Positions 1-13,876 of a stretch of DNA of 64,000 nucleotides are shown piece after piece (the stretch's first letter is position 1; each line of letters opens with the position of its first letter). The stretch is taken from NCBI GenBank assembly GCA_951406725.2, contig OX597819.1, positions 9,114,001-9,178,000 on the forward strand. The letters are read 5' to 3'. Both the position numbers and the translations under genes were made by a program. The stretch is from Octopus vulgaris (lineage: Eukaryota). The notes under the pieces were generated by a model, which saw only the letters and a program-made list of their open reading frames with translations, was not told the DNA's origin and did no database searches.

Positions 1-26
1 TATTATTAAAGTAATAATAACTATTA

Positions 27-413
27 TGTGGAGGCGCAATGGCCCAGTGGTTAGGGCAGCGGACTCGCGGTCATAGGATCGCGGTTACGATTCCCAGACC
101 GGGCGTTGTGAGTGTTTATTGAGCGAAAACACCTAAAGCTCCACGAGGCTCCGGCAGTGGATGGTGGTGATCCCTTCTGTACTCTTTCACCACAACTTTC
201 TCTCACTCTTACTTCCTGTTTCTGTTGTACCTGTATTTCAAGGGGCCGGCCTTGTCACTCTCTGTGTCACGCTGAATATCCCCGAGAACTACGTTAAGGG
301 TACACGTGTCTGTGGAGTGCTCAGCCACTTACACGTTAATTTCACGAGCAGGCTGTTCCGTTGATTCGGATCAACCGGAACCCTCGTCGTCGTAACCGAC
401 GGAGTGCTTCCAC
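27..413 (+). mobile_element. tRNA-derived SINE family A (other copies 36211-36592 -, 41573-41952 +, 48452-48835 +, 52528-52788 + truncated, related head 20648-20940)
   Basis: A box TGGCCCAGTGG, B-box-like GGTT(A/T)CGATTCCC; near-identical copies; 14 bp TSD AATAATAACTATTA. Confidence 0.88.
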
Positions 414-699
414 AATAATAACTATTAAAATAATAATAATAATAATCAACTTTGTTGGTCATTCTTCCATTTCATAGTTGGCCTCGACAGATTTCAGCCG
501 GACCCCTGCCGTATTCTTGGGATATTCTTTTGTTTGTAAAGTTACGTTTCATCTGATGATTACGGTTTTTTGTTTGTAATGGAGTAATGTTCTCATTCTT
601 CGATTTAAAAAATGCGTAAGGAACAGCAGTTGGCATCCTTTTTGTCTCGGGAGAGAATGGAGTTGCGCATAAAATAGTCTAGTCTGGCTTTTACATTTC

Positions 700-950
700 A
701 TGTCCTGATACATTTCCTGCTGTGGCTGTGTAGTCCCATCCTGGACAAACAAACACTCCCTCTGGCAGGTACCGCAAATGTAGCGAAGACTGTTCCTGGC
801 TGGTTGTAATGCCATAGCTTCTTGTTGACGTCTTTTCTTGTCTTTCCATTTCTCCTCTCTCTCTCTGTCACTCCTTTGTATTCCCTCTTTTACGGTACGT
901 CGCCAATCTCCACGGTTGCCGACAACTGCCTCCCAACCGCTGATAAGAAA
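700..950 (-). mobile_element. RTE LINE 3' fragment
   Basis: WEAVVGNRGDWRRTVKEG...YICGTCQREC. Confidence 0.6.
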
Positions 951-1287
951 CAGCAGTAATGAGCAGACAATTATTCATCGTTTGATTATAATACAAGAGG
1001 ATTTACGACTTGTCGGACACCCTAGAGTATACCAACAACATACCAACCAATTAATGCTGGTTTGGACCAGCCCTTAGGTGCTAAATACAAATAGGGTTGG
1101 TTTTCTCTGTGTACATACCTGGTAGATCCTATTTGATATTTACCAACCAGAGGCTGGAACCACAGGTTTATCCAACCCTACGTGGTGCATATCTTTTCAA
1201 ATACCTATCTGAATCCTTATTTTACTATGTGTGTGTGCGTGTGTAGTGCATTTGTATACATATATATGTGCGTGTGTATACTTGTAT

Positions 1288-1333
<46 letters not shown>

Positions 1334-1341
<8 letters not shown>

Positions 1342-1531
1342 CAAGATAAGGGCAGAAGGGGAAAATTTCTTGTGAATTAACCCCGAAATTTGACCAATAC
1401 GGTAATAACGAATTTTTTAGAGATTTCTATCGGTTTGTTTCGAGACGAAAAAATTTAATGGTTATCGACAATTTTTTGTTTCGGCATATTTGGCATTAGA
1501 ATTTTTCTTCTGCCCTTATCTTGTAAATTAT
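1334..1531. repeat. Short inverted repeat (~25 bp arms) embedded between (TA)n tracts
   Basis: ATAATTTACAAGATAAGGGCAGAAG / CTTCTGCCCTTATCTTGTAAATTAT. Confidence 0.7.
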
Positions 1532-1601
1532 GTATAAATTTTACCTTTAAAGGCATTTTTTGATATGCTGGCCATTGATAAAATTTTTATCCTATATCAA
1601 T

Positions 1602-1645
<44 letters not shown>

Positions 1646-1763
1646 CAGTCAGCTGTCTATAAGTAAAGAGGTTATGTGCAACCTATATTGTCTGGTGCAA
1701 CAGTCGAAATGAGACCAATAACTTTCTGACCGGCCATAACAAAAATTATACTACTCAACCCTC

Positions 1764-1823
<60 letters not shown>

Positions 1824-2128
1824 CGCAGTTACTGCCAAGAAATATTAACCGAAATGATACTGATTATATGAGTGTGATCACAAACCAATTTCAGGGCCGA
1901 CTTCATAATCATCTACAATATTCTGAAAAACAAAGGACACAAAACATGTAACTCAATTACAGTAATATAAGTTTTGTTATTAAGTGATAAATCAAATGTT
2001 TTAGTAATCTTTGCACTGTGGAAAGGCGATTGATCTTGAAAATTTATTAAAGTGTCACACAAAATCAATTTCTTTCTACCTTCACAGGCGAAGGTACTTA
2101 CTAGAATGCACACGAAATATCAATATTG

Positions 2129-2228
<100 letters not shown>

Positions 2229-2628
2229 TACATGAGTGTATGTAGGTCTCTATAGTGTACGTGGGAACAAGCGACAAGTTCAAAACAGTCCTCAATGCCA
2301 CGGGCCGACAGTTATTAATGGTTATTGCATCCGCTACCTCAAATTAAGTCATTCGAATTTCACGTTCTCGATTACATATTCTTCCTTTTCATCTTATAAC
2401 CCATTTTTACATTTATTTAAATTCGGTTTTATTTTCATTTACTGTATTCTATTTTCCTCTGAAGATACTAGCCGGATATGTTTCAATTTATATTATTTCT
2501 ATAGGCATGGTTCCGAGTTCAGTCCCACTGCGTGTGACCTTGGACAGCTGTATTCTACTATAGCCTCGGGCCGTCCAAAGCCTTGTGGGTGAATTTGGTA
2601 GACGGAAATTGAAAGCCTGTCGTGTGTG

Positions 2629-2677
<49 letters not shown>

Positions 2678-3280
2678 TTGTGTCTGTCCCCCTACCACCG
2701 CTTAACAACCGGTGTTGGTGTGTTTATGTCACTGTAAGATAGCAGTTCGACAAAAGAACTGATAGAATATTAAGCTTTAAAAAAGAAGTCTTAGGGTCGA
2801 TTTGTTTGATTAAAAACCCATCAAGGCGGTACCCCAGCGTGGCCGCAGCCAAATGACTAAAGCAAGTAAAATGTAAAAGGAACAATGATTACGCTTCCAG
2901 ACCAGAAGAGACTTCCTTATCGTAAACCTATTTCTTTACTGCCCACAGCTAAACACAGAGGGGACAAACAAGGACAGACAAACGGATTAAGTCGATTACA
3001 TCGACCCAAGTGCGTAACTGGTACTTAATTTATCGACCCCGAAAGGATGAAAGGCAAAGTCTACCTCGGCGGAATTTGAACTCAGAACGTAACGGCAGAC
3101 AAAATACGGCTACGCATTTCGCCCGGCGTGCTAACGTTTCTGCCAGCTCGCCGTCTTATCGTAAACCACCAAACCAAGTCCTTTCTCTCAAGGACATGCC
3201 CCTCGCCACCCCTGGAATGTTCGCCCAGCTCGTATCATTCCTGCAGATGTCGACTTGTTGCAATTTAAACGCAGCATTAA

Positions 3281-3876
3281 CCCCTTACCCAACAATTATT
3301 TTGAAAATAAATGTATTTTTTCAGACATATTTTTTTATTGTTTTATTTTACTATGTTTTGAATGGTGATTTCGAGGTATATTTCAAACCTTATTTATTAT
3401 GAATTTTAATTCAATAATATTGATTATAATATTGATTTTAAATTACCGCTTTGGGCAGAAACGAGTTAACCCGTTTTTTTCATAAATCATATTACTTTTA
3501 CAAAAAATCATGTTATTTTATTTGGTTATCGACATGGTGGGGTTATAATATAAAGGTATAAAAAAAAGCAACGTAAAAACAAAGTGAATACTTCTATTCA
3601 TAAAATGTGCCTTCCAACCCTTCGACTGTCTCCAGGTGACTAAATCATACTCGGTCTTCAATGCCTTACTCAAGCGAAAGGTGCCAGAAATCGTCACTGC
3701 CAGACGTATAAAGTGAGCGAATATACTCGTATATGTCAAAAAAGAGTTTATAATAGACAAAGGAACTTGTTTGCTGTCGATTTTGGCGAGTCTATCTTTT
3801 GGCGAGTTAACTCGCCAGAGATAGAAAAAAACGATTTCAGTCAAAACGCATATATTCGTTTCTGCCGGGTAAGGGG
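3281..3876. mobile_element. piggyBac-type MITE
   Basis: TTAA|CCCCTTACCC ... GGGTAAGGGG|TTAA. Confidence 0.8.
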
Positions 3877-4300
3877 TTAACAGCATCGATCTGATTGCAG
3901 GCGGATCGCCTTCAAAGACCCAACCCTTTTCTCCGAATCCAGCAAGCAAAATAAATTATACATTAGAATTAGGAGGACATTACACTGTTCATAAATTGTT
4001 GTGTACATACAGGGAAACAACGTAGATATAAAAAAGGAGACGTAGAAATTGCTCGTGAATATAAAATGTTTTTTCTACATTAGCTTTCACGTGTAATTTC
4101 TGCTTCTGTTGAATATTCCCACCTATATTTATTGTCTCAGGAAGAAAAAAATACTTAATCAACTTAGAGTGACGTCCCTTCGTTTATAAATACATTATTC
4201 AACAAATGAAAGTTAGTCGCTTTAGTTGACATAATTAAATATATACACGTAATCATACCAATAGCAATTAAGCGATATATTTATACAGGTGTGTATACAT

Positions 4301-4466
4301 AGGCGCAGGAGAGGCTGTGTGGTAAGTAGCTTGTTTACCAACCACATGGTTCCGGGTTCAGTCCCACTGCGTGACACCTTGGGCAAGTGTCTTCTGCTAC
4401 AGCCCCGGGCCGCCCAAAGCCTTGTGAGTGGATTTGGTAGACGGAAACTGAAAGAAGCCCGTCGCA

Positions 4467-4510
<44 letters not shown>

Positions 4511-4716
4511 TGTGTGTGTGTTTGTGTTTGTCCCCCTAGCATTGCTTGACAACCGATGCTGGTGTGTTTATGTCCCCGTCACTTAGCGGTTCGGCAAAAG
4601 AGACCGATAGAATACGTACTGGGCTTACAAAAGAATAAGACCCGGGGTCGAGTTGCTTGATTAAAGGGGGTGCTCCAGCATGGCCGCAGTCAAATGACTG
4701 AAACAAGTAAAAGAGT
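4301..4716 (+). mobile_element. tRNA-derived SINE family B with internal (TA)n(TG)n; further copies at about 7613-8027 -, 9880-10280 -, 13673-14078, 18391-18787, 27757-28170, 29185-29575, 30975-31840 (interrupted), 44310-44660, 50545-50875, 53123-53530, 53854-54220 -, 55835-56235
   Basis: Head GCAGGAGTGGCTGTGTGGTAAG...GGTTCAGTCCC, CCTTGGGCAAG, tail GACTGAAACAAGTAAAAGAGT; at least 13 copies. Confidence 0.9.
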
Positions 4717-5220
4717 ATACGTACATACATGCAATTAATGCTAGTTTCTTTTCCCCTCATTTTTTCTTCACTCATATTTGTGCTTCTTGCTGCGGTTTTG
4801 TATTATATGTATCATGTACATACGTGTTATAAATGTAATTATTAAATCATCGAAATTTTCAATAAATCATTAGATTTAAACATTTCAAACGAAAACACAT
4901 AAATACATAAATGTTTGACTACGTAAACGTAGAAGCAGAATTAAACAAAAAAAAAAAACTATAATATAAAAACTGACAGGAACACTTGAATCATAATTCA
5001 AACAGAATAACAGCAAGATTTATGACCATTCCGATTTAAGAATCAAACAAAAAAGATGGATTAAAAGACATATGGTAAGCCATCAAAGAATAAAATTCTT
5101 TTTGGAGAAGTAACAAAAAAAAAAAATATTGAAGCTCTTAACTGAAGTATTGTGACGTCTACATTCTTGCATTTTTACGTTGGCTTATTTTTACTTATAT
5201 TTTAATGAGGCAATTACTTT

Positions 5221-5398
5221 GAAACTATAGTCCGTATGTAGTACTCGGGTCTTCGAGGGAGGATGACCTCCCTTTGCAAGTAACACAAGGACACTGAGAT
5301 AGTGTCTAAAGTCCTTCTGGTGACGTTGATCGCCTGGGGCTAAAAGCATCAGTAACCCCCAGTGGCTAGCCACATTCAGATGGCTGATACCCCTTACG
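5221..5398 (+). mobile_element. Truncated copy of the 32911-33436 Penelope-like family
   Basis: Shares ACTGA.AT.GTGTCTAAAG...CCTGGGGCTA...AGCCA.ATT.AGATGGCT; begins with the hammerhead 3' half GAAACTATAGTC. Confidence 0.55.
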
Positions 5399-5423
5399 TT
5401 ACATATATATTCATTCACATGAA

Positions 5424-5640
5424 AAGGCGGCGAGCTGGCAGAAACGTTAGCACGCTGGGCGAAATGCGTAGCCGTATTTCGTCTGCCGTTACGTTCTGAG
5501 TTCAAATTCCGCCGAGGTCGACTTTGCCTTTCATCCTTTCGGGATCGATTAAATAAGTACCAGTTACGCACTGGGATCGATATAATCGACTTAATTCGTT
5601 TGTCCCCTCTGTGTGTAGCCCCTTGTGGGTAATAAAGAAA
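5424..5640 (+). mobile_element. SINE family C, CORE-like (copies ~2930-3152 -, 21218-21446 -, 24820-25010 -, 33590-33780 -)
   Basis: GGCGGCGAGCTGGCAGAA head, B box GAGTTCAAATTC, CTTTCATCCTTTCGGG.TCGAT core. Confidence 0.85.
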
Positions 5641-7814
5641 CATATATTCATTCACATCTATATATGCGTGCGTATATGTATGCAAGCGTGTGCTATGGAA
5701 GGTTTTAGAAAATCAAGTGCCTCACAGTTAATAGTAATTTCATCGCAAGCTGGAATTTTCAAACATTACATACATACACATTTCCCCCTTCAGTTATACA
5801 AATGTTTACTTTTCCTGCTTGTAAGAGCATTTATAGCCTAAATAAATGAAAAAAAAAAAAATCTTTCAATAATCTTTTGAATCGAGCCCAGGCACTTGAC
5901 TGGCATATTGTTTGATTTTTTTTCCCCACACACACCCATGAATCTGGGAGCGTGTAAAGCAAAATTGGCCTTGGTGGAAATTGAACTCAGAATGTAGCTA
6001 AAGACTGCAAAAGATTTTGTTCACTGGTCGACTGTTTCTACCGATCTATTAACCCTTTTGTTACTGTATTTATTTTGTGATGTTCTGTGTTTCTATCAAT
6101 TACTTTAAATATAACAAAGGATTTAGTAAAATAACTTAATTATCATTAAGGTAGTGTTAGGAACATAAACTGTGACTAAGGTTTGGTGGAAGATTTTAAT
6201 TCAAAACTTATGAAACCAAAACACTTGTACTCAGAGCCAGAGCCACGAACTGAAACCGGGATTGAAATGATAACCACTTTTGGAGAGCTTACCTGTTCTA
6301 CGGTGTTCATCATTTTTGTAAATTATTTATTAGTAAAAACTTGCATCTATTCAATTTCATCTCAAGAGACTGATGAAAACCACTACACTGCATTGTAAGC
6401 AGTCACCATTTTACTTACATTCATAAAATAACAAAAGACGTTTTTTTCTTTTCATTTTTCTTTTTTTTTTTGTTTGGTAGTTTATTTCCAACTCACGAGG
6501 AAACAATGTACAAAATTTGATAATATCAACAGAAATGGGAAGGTTTGAATTATTTATACATATATATTCATTCACATGAAAAGGCGGCGAGCTGGCAGAA
6601 ACGTTAGCACGCTGGGCGAAATGCCGCTACGTTCCGGAGCAAGCACAGGTATGAGTGAAGAAAAAAAGAGGGGAAAAGAAACTAGCATTAATTGCATGTA
6701 TGTACGTGCAGGAGTGGCTGTGTGGTAAGTAGCTTGCTAACCAACCACATGGTTCCAGGTTCAGTTTTACTTATATTTTAATGAGATTATACATATATAT
6801 TCATTCACATGAAAAGTTAATTATATTACAGAATCAATATTTAAGTAGACTTTAGGCAATAGAGGTCAAGGCAGCATAGACACTGGTGAGTTGTGATAAC
6901 CACATATTTCCCAATGAGATAAATATTTACAGATTAAAATTTCTCGACAAGACACACAGTCCAATGTTTTATAACCAACGGAACATTCGCAATACCAATT
7001 CGTAGCATTGAATTAGCTCTGTGGTCGAGCGAACTGCCAAAAATTTGCAGCCAAATCTTGTTCAATCCTTACCAAATTGTTCTAAAATAGCTCTGGATAC
7101 ACTTCCTAGTGCTGGGGGAGATGTAGATAGTTACATCTGACTTGCCTTCATCACTGGACTCAGATCTCACCTGGGGATCTCAGAATAGATGAAATATAAA
7201 CTCAACCGCATTTGGGACAGTGGCACAAAATAATTATAAACTCTGAGTTGGTCAATATTAACAATGACAGGTTAAGATAGTCTTTCTCTTAACAAAGCAA
7301 GCAAAATGAAAAAACTTCCAGTGAACAAATGACAAGAATTTCTCTTTTGCCATTTGGAACGCACCATTTAGTATATGAAATATCAAATTCTATCTGATTA
7401 TTCAAACCACCTTGAATTATATAGCAACAGAGATAAAGATATTACCTTATATCGATTATAAAAGGGGACTGTAGTGGTGATGTCTTCACCTGAACATTAG
7501 CATAGTTTGGAAAGGAAATTACTTTCAACCAGATTGAAATTGGATAGGATTAGCCGTTTTGGTTGGCCAAAAGCTTACCTTTCTTCAACTTTGATGCATG
7601 CCGTGCGCAATACTCTTTTACTTGTTTTAGTCATTTGACTGCGGCCATGCTGGAGCACCGCCTTTAGTCGAGCAAATCGACCCCCGGGACTTATTCTTTG
7701 TAAGCCCAGTACTTATTCTATCGATCTCTTTTGCTGAACCGCTAAGTAACGGGGACATGAATACACCAGCATCGGTTGTCAAGCAATGCTAGGGGAACAA
7801 ACACAGACACACAA

Positions 7815-7847
<33 letters not shown>

Positions 7848-9074
7848 CATACATACATATATACGACGGGCTTCTTTCAGTTTCCGTCTACCAAATCCAC
7901 TCACAAGGCATTGGTCAGCCTGGGGCTATAGCAGAAGACACTTGCCCAAGATGCCACGCAGTGGGACTGAACCCGGAACCATGTGGTTGGTTAGCAAGCT
8001 ACTTACCACACAGCCACTCCTGCGCCTACTCTGTAGTGTTCGAAATCTTTGTTAGCTCAATTCCATTCTGAAATTTTGCTTTCCCACAGCATATATGAGA
8101 GACATTATTTTAATACACACACACACACACAGACACTGGAGTGAGCAAAATGTCAAAATACAAGCATAGAAGTTAAGGTAACAAGTGTCGTAAAACAATT
8201 ATGCCTTCCATTATTTACCATGTAATGTCATTATCATATCTTAACATTTATTGGGGTTTGTCTCAATTTCCAAAATATTGAGAGGTTTAGTGATGTCTTT
8301 CCATAATCAGATTGTCAAAGGTTTACAGTCAGTTGTCTTTTACAGCTTAATTATGAACTAAAACCCCTACATATGATCATAGAGCTAGATTGAGCTGGAC
8401 TGCTGAGAGTTAAATGCTCTTAAAACCAACACAAAATATCTATGAAGGGATATGAACTCTTATTCCTTAAGATGACATTATCAACTAAGCAGATTATACA
8501 ACACACCATATACACTTTTATTTTAATCCAGCAGATGCTAACTATGAATATTTATGGATAAGCCATTGAAATCATCAATCAGTATGTATACGAATATGAG
8601 AAGGATAGAGAAGAAAGTAATATAGATATTGCAAAGCATAAAGTAGGCGCGGGCATGGCTGTGTGGTTAGGGAGCTTGCTTCCTAGCTACATGGTTTCGG
8701 GTTCAGTCCCACTGTGTGGCACTTTGGGTAGGTGTCTTTCACTATAGCCCCGAGCCGACCGGAGCTTTGTGATTGAATTCGGTAGGTGGAAGTTACTGCC
8801 GTGTGTGTATGTGTGCGTGTAGGTGCTCAGTGCCTCTCCGAAAGAGAGAGAGAGAGAGAGAGTTGTGAGATTAAAAGGCCCTTGATTCAGTTCTAGATTT
8901 ATCCCACATTTCTAATTGTATTTAGATATAACACTAACCTGAACCTAGTGAATCACTTTATGAAATTGTCAAAGCTATGTGGAATTTGAGAGAACCTATT
9001 ACTACTCAACTCTAGATCAGTCTTGATCAAAAAAAAGTGCCAGTTGTGATCATTGTAAATCTAGGAACATGCTA

Positions 9075-9488
9075 GTAGTGTGTAGTAGTGGCACGCACAC
9101 ACATTATTAGCCATTTGAAAAGACTATGGAATTTACAATTAACTGCACCAGGGTTCCTCTTCCCCAGGGAACCAGGCCTAATGGTATACCTACGGATGTA
9201 GGTCCAGCCCCTGCTTTGCCGGGTCCTGTCTCTGATCACGTTGCACCTCCAAGGGCATCCATTGACGGTGATGCCCTCAATCTTAACAGACGGGTATCAC
9301 CTGATGGAGAAGAGTCAGCTCCCAACCAAACAACACCAAACAAACACCCACTCTCCTACCCTGATGTAATCTCCAGGGATACAGGCATCCAGCAACAGGA
9401 CCTCCGTAATGCCATGATGGACCGTGAAGTCTGGCGTAGCATGGTAAATTCCATTGTCTCGACCACAGTCAAACAATAATAATAACAA
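9075..9488 (+). mobile_element. Short non-autonomous RTE-derived element (unique 5' part + RTE 3' end)
   Basis: 13 bp TSD TAGGAACATGCTA; the 3' 130 bp match the ends of the 34870-35235 and 42296-42770 RTE fragments. Confidence 0.75.
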
Positions 9489-12400
9489 TAGGAACATGCT
9501 ACCCAAATATGTTCTTTCTGTGGTTTGAGATTTGGTTGCTATTTCTAGCAGATGAAATTCTCAGATCTTGTAACTATGCATTTCTGGCGACTGGGTGAAG
9601 TGAGTTACATAATACAGGAAAGACATTAGATAATGTCATCCTAGACATACTAATTCTGAAAGTGAAAAAAGATACGGATGGTAACAGGAGATTTTGGATA
9701 TCTACTCACCCACCAATGAGAGGATACTAGAAGACAGCAAGTAAGTTTAAAAGGGGAAAAAATTAATACACTAGTTGTCAAGGGATGATTCATTTTTCTT
9801 TTCCATTTGCAGAATTAAGGTCAGTGTACAAAAAAAAAAAAAAACTAAAGAAAACCAGACCAAGGTTTAAAAAATTTTTGTTTTACTTGTTTCAGTCATT
9901 TGACTGCGGCCATGCTGGAGCACCGCCTTTAATCGAGCAACTCGACCCCGGGTCTTATTCTTTGTAAGCCCAGTACTTATTCCATCGGTCTCTTTAGCCG
10001 AACCGCTAAGTGACAGAGACATAAACACACCAGCATCGGTTGTCAAGCAATGCTAGGGGGACAAACACACTCATACAAACAAACACACACACGCATATAT
10101 ATATATACATATATACGACGGGCTTCTTTCAGTTTCCATCTACCAAATCCACTCACAAGGCTTCGGTCAGCCCGAGGCTATAGTAGAAGCCACTTGTCAA
10201 AGGTGCCATGCAGTGGGACTGAACCTGGAACTATGTGGTTGGTAAACAAGCTACTTACCACACAGCCACTCATACGCCTATATTATATACAAAAAAAAAA
10301 TTAGTTTATAAGATAGTTTATTTACAATATGGTTTTAAAAGTATTATTTCTAGCAGTGCAGCATGCGAAAAATAGGGAAATATCTTACAAGTACACACAT
10401 TTCATATACGTTATATATCTCATACGAATATCATGATACACAAACATGTATGTATATACATTATTTGGTATACATGATACATTGCAAGATATCTCACTGA
10501 TTACTAAAAAAAAATGACTGTTTAATATTAAGTTCTGTTTAAGTACATACATTTCAAACAAGGTGAATGAACACCAGTATATTACTGGTGGTTTTCATGA
10601 CACTACAGAATTAAATGGTCAGATAGCTCCAGCAGGATTTGAACTTAAAATGTGGAGGGATGAAATATAAAACTGTCAAATATGTCACAATCATTTCTTT
10701 TTGCAACCAGTAAATATTTTAATATTAACTGTTATGAAGATGGTGAAACAAATATGCTGTATGGAATTTGGGTTTAGTCTATCTGCAGTTAAAGAGGTCT
10801 AAGATCAATTGGATCTTAATGGGTGTCAATAAAATAAGAAATATATTGGACCTCAAAGAGATGAGTGTTCTTCTTCCCTTGAACAATTAGATTTTCGACT
10901 CAAGAACCCAATGTAAGTGCAATGATTTTGCACTCCTCCAGTGAACTGAGATCAAATTAGATAGCAGTTTATTACATCACTAAATTTCCAAAGGTCTTCG
11001 AAAACAATGCACCTTACTTCATGATGCTGGTGAAACGAAAGCTTTAGCTCAGTCAGTCACAATGTGAATGACTGAACAAAATCCTTATTTCTACAAAGAA
11101 TTTTCTTTTAAATGAATAATCCAAGTTGTGAAGCTACAATGTGGTTCTTAAAGTAAAACTGTGGCTACAAATTTTTTTTTTCTTTTTTAATAAAAAACAA
11201 TAAAGATTCTTTCATAAATTCACATGTGTGAAATATTTCTACGAAATCTCAGCAAGCTCAACAAGAACCAGAACAAGAAAAATAAATATACAAATACGAA
11301 AACAATTTATCTCAGTGAATTAAAAAGATTCCTGGTGGAAAATGTAGACAGTTAGGGGGAGTAACTACCTAGTCAGTAAGCTGCAATTACTTCCCTTTAC
11401 AAGGTTTCGATTACATCATAAACTTCTATTTGATGCGAGAACAGTGAAGCTATTGTGTTAATACCCAGGGGTTAGCGTCTCTAGGAAATAAGATTGGGAG
11501 TGAAATGGCTACAGCTGGGAATCAGAACTTCTGCAGCCTCAATTTCTCAACAGCTTAGCTCCACTCCATAGGGCTTACTAGTACTTCAAACGAATATAAA
11601 TCGTGCTTGTGACCAGCAAATCTGACAGTTTTAATTTGCTAGTTGATGGCTTTAGCAGTTCGTTTCTTGCTTCTTGCTTTCACTGCAGTCACACAAATAG
11701 AAGACAACACAGAGCAACGTAAACTAAGACTGGTGAGTCATTAAGTTGTCTGATTAGTATGAGTCATAGAGAACCAGTGTGGTCTGCTTGGCTTCTAACC
11801 ATTCTTCACCAGTTTCCAAAGTGACACTAAAGCCTAAAGAAGTTACAAACCTAACCATTTACAGCAACCTATTTTACCTGTGTGTGTGTGTGTGTACGTG
11901 TAAATGCAGATATTAAATTTATATGAGGAAGCAGAAAGCCTTCATAATAATAAGCACAAAGTTCATAATTTAAAAATTTACAAATGCTGAACAGTAAAAC
12001 ATACACATACTAAAAACATAGCCCAGTTACAAATTATGAAGATGAACTATAACCTTCATCCTATGCCTTTTAGTAAGACATTATGAGGAAGTGGGAGCAG
12101 ATTGTATCAACAAAAACCTACAAGAAATGGAATGATATTGTAGAAGGAACATGGAAGGAACTGACCGAATATCACAGATTTTTGTTTTTGTAGATTTTAA
12201 ACATAGATGCTACAAATAACTTTTCTGTATGGAAGCAAAACAGAAAAACTATTGAAAAAAAAAAGGGTAAACACGAAAGAGCTTGAATGACAAACGTTAG
12301 AAAGTACAGAAAAAAAAATATTTAACGTGTGCATGCGGAAATATAAGTGCATGTGTATCAGAAGTATTAACATATAACCTTTTTTTTCTTATCTCTTGCT

Positions 12401-12627
12401 TTATTTACACAGATTTGTAAGTTGGTAGATTATTGTACAGTAGGAGGGATGAGAGAAATCTGAAAAGGTGATTTGATATATATGGAAGACTCGAGAGAAA
12501 TAATGATGAAGTGTGGCAGATTGAGATGGAATAAAGTCTTTCATGAGGAAAAAAAATGTGTGAGTTTGAGTGTGTGTACATTTGTGTGTGTGTGTATTGT
12601 GTGAGTATATATATATATATATATTTA

Positions 12628-12660
12628 TTAGAGTTCTTCTTCACAGGCAGCATCAAACAT
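12628..12660 (-). CDS. PKMYT1: PKMYT1 exon 16, coding part ([10 protein letters not shown])
   Basis: TTTTCCAG acceptor; completes PRNLLGMFD, matching the Myt1 C-terminal PRNLL.(L/M)F(D/E) pattern; TAA stop. Confidence 0.8.
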   Translation of the reverse strand: MFDAACEEEL

Positions 12661-13845
12661 CTGGAAAATATGAAAACCAAAAATATTGTTAAATACATAT
12701 TGTTATATTTCGGAATGGTCATTTTGCCAGTTTAGCCAATAAAAACACACGCGCTATATATTTGGTGTTACTTTGTTTCAGTGTCATTTATTTTTTTACA
12801 TTAATCTTAATCTTATTTCGGCCAGAGTTCTTTCGTCACACTCCTGTGACCTCATCAGTGGTCCTTTGTTTTCTTCTTTCTTATTTGTGTCTCTCCTTAC
12901 TAACCGTCAGCCATAAGAAAGAAGAAAACAAAGGACCACTGATGCAGTCACAGGAGTGTGACGAAAGAACTCTGGCCGAAATAAGATTAAGATTAATGTA
13001 AAAAAATAAATGACACTGAAGCAAAATAACACCAAATATATAGCGCGTGTGTTTTTATTGGCTAAACTGGCAAAATGACCATTCCGAAATATAACAATAT
13101 TTGTTTCAACACACGACTTCACATAAAAAATCTTGCACAACAAATATTTAAACGTACATTGTTAAATACAGATTTTAACAAACAAGCAAGAATAACTCAC
13201 TAAGTTATACGTTAAATAAATATTGTAGCAATTGGTTATTACCAGAATAAAGATGGATGACCAGGAAGATAGCATTCAGACATCCATCACAGAACTTGTA
13301 AGCAATCTGCTTTATGTTTATAACGAAAACAACTAAATGTGAAAGTAGCTCAGTTAAGTTACATGACAATAAATACTACAGACTCAGTGTTGTAAGAAGC
13401 AGCTGAATGCTCAGCTAATTTACACTACTTAACTCTCTTCCTTTTGTGTATTAAAAGATTTAGAAGGCAATGGAGAAGGACAAACCACTTAAGAACTTTG
13501 CCTTAGAAAAGAATTACCCAACTAGAAAAGCACTCGGAAAGCACAGACCCCCCCGCCAAGCAGCTCATTTCCACCCATATACACGCATGCTGAAAGTCGC
13601 CCAATTTCCCAAACCAACGCCGGCAAAAACATCACCCACTTAGCAGGGGTAAAAAAAAAAAATAACAGTCGATAGGTGCAGGAGTGGCTGTGTGGTAAGT
13701 AGTTTGCTAACCAACCACATGGTTCCAGGTTCAGTCCCAATGCGTGGCATCTTGGGCAAGTGTCTTCTGCTATAGCCTCGGGCCGACCAAAGCCTTGTGA
13801 GTGGATTTGGTAGACGGAAACTGAAAGAAGCCTGTCGTATATATG

Positions 13846-13876
<31 letters not shown>

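Noticed and set aside
30-105. Possible tRNA genes at SINE heads
   Set aside because: A/B boxes are present, but there is no complete cloverleaf and each is fused to a SINE body.
112-364. Recurrent 60-90 aa ORFs (MFIERKHLK..., MLGGQTQTH..., MDGSTGV...)
   Set aside because: Chance frames within multi-copy SINEs.
9140-9190. HDV-like ribozyme in the 5' part of the RTE-derived element
   Set aside because: L3-like TTCCTC and J4/2-like CTAAT are present, but I could not find a P1 partner; a simple hairpin explains it.
10300-12627. PKMYT1 3' UTR ending at an AATAAA near 10320
   Set aside because: Plausible because the stretch is TE-poor, but the end cannot be fixed without transcript data.
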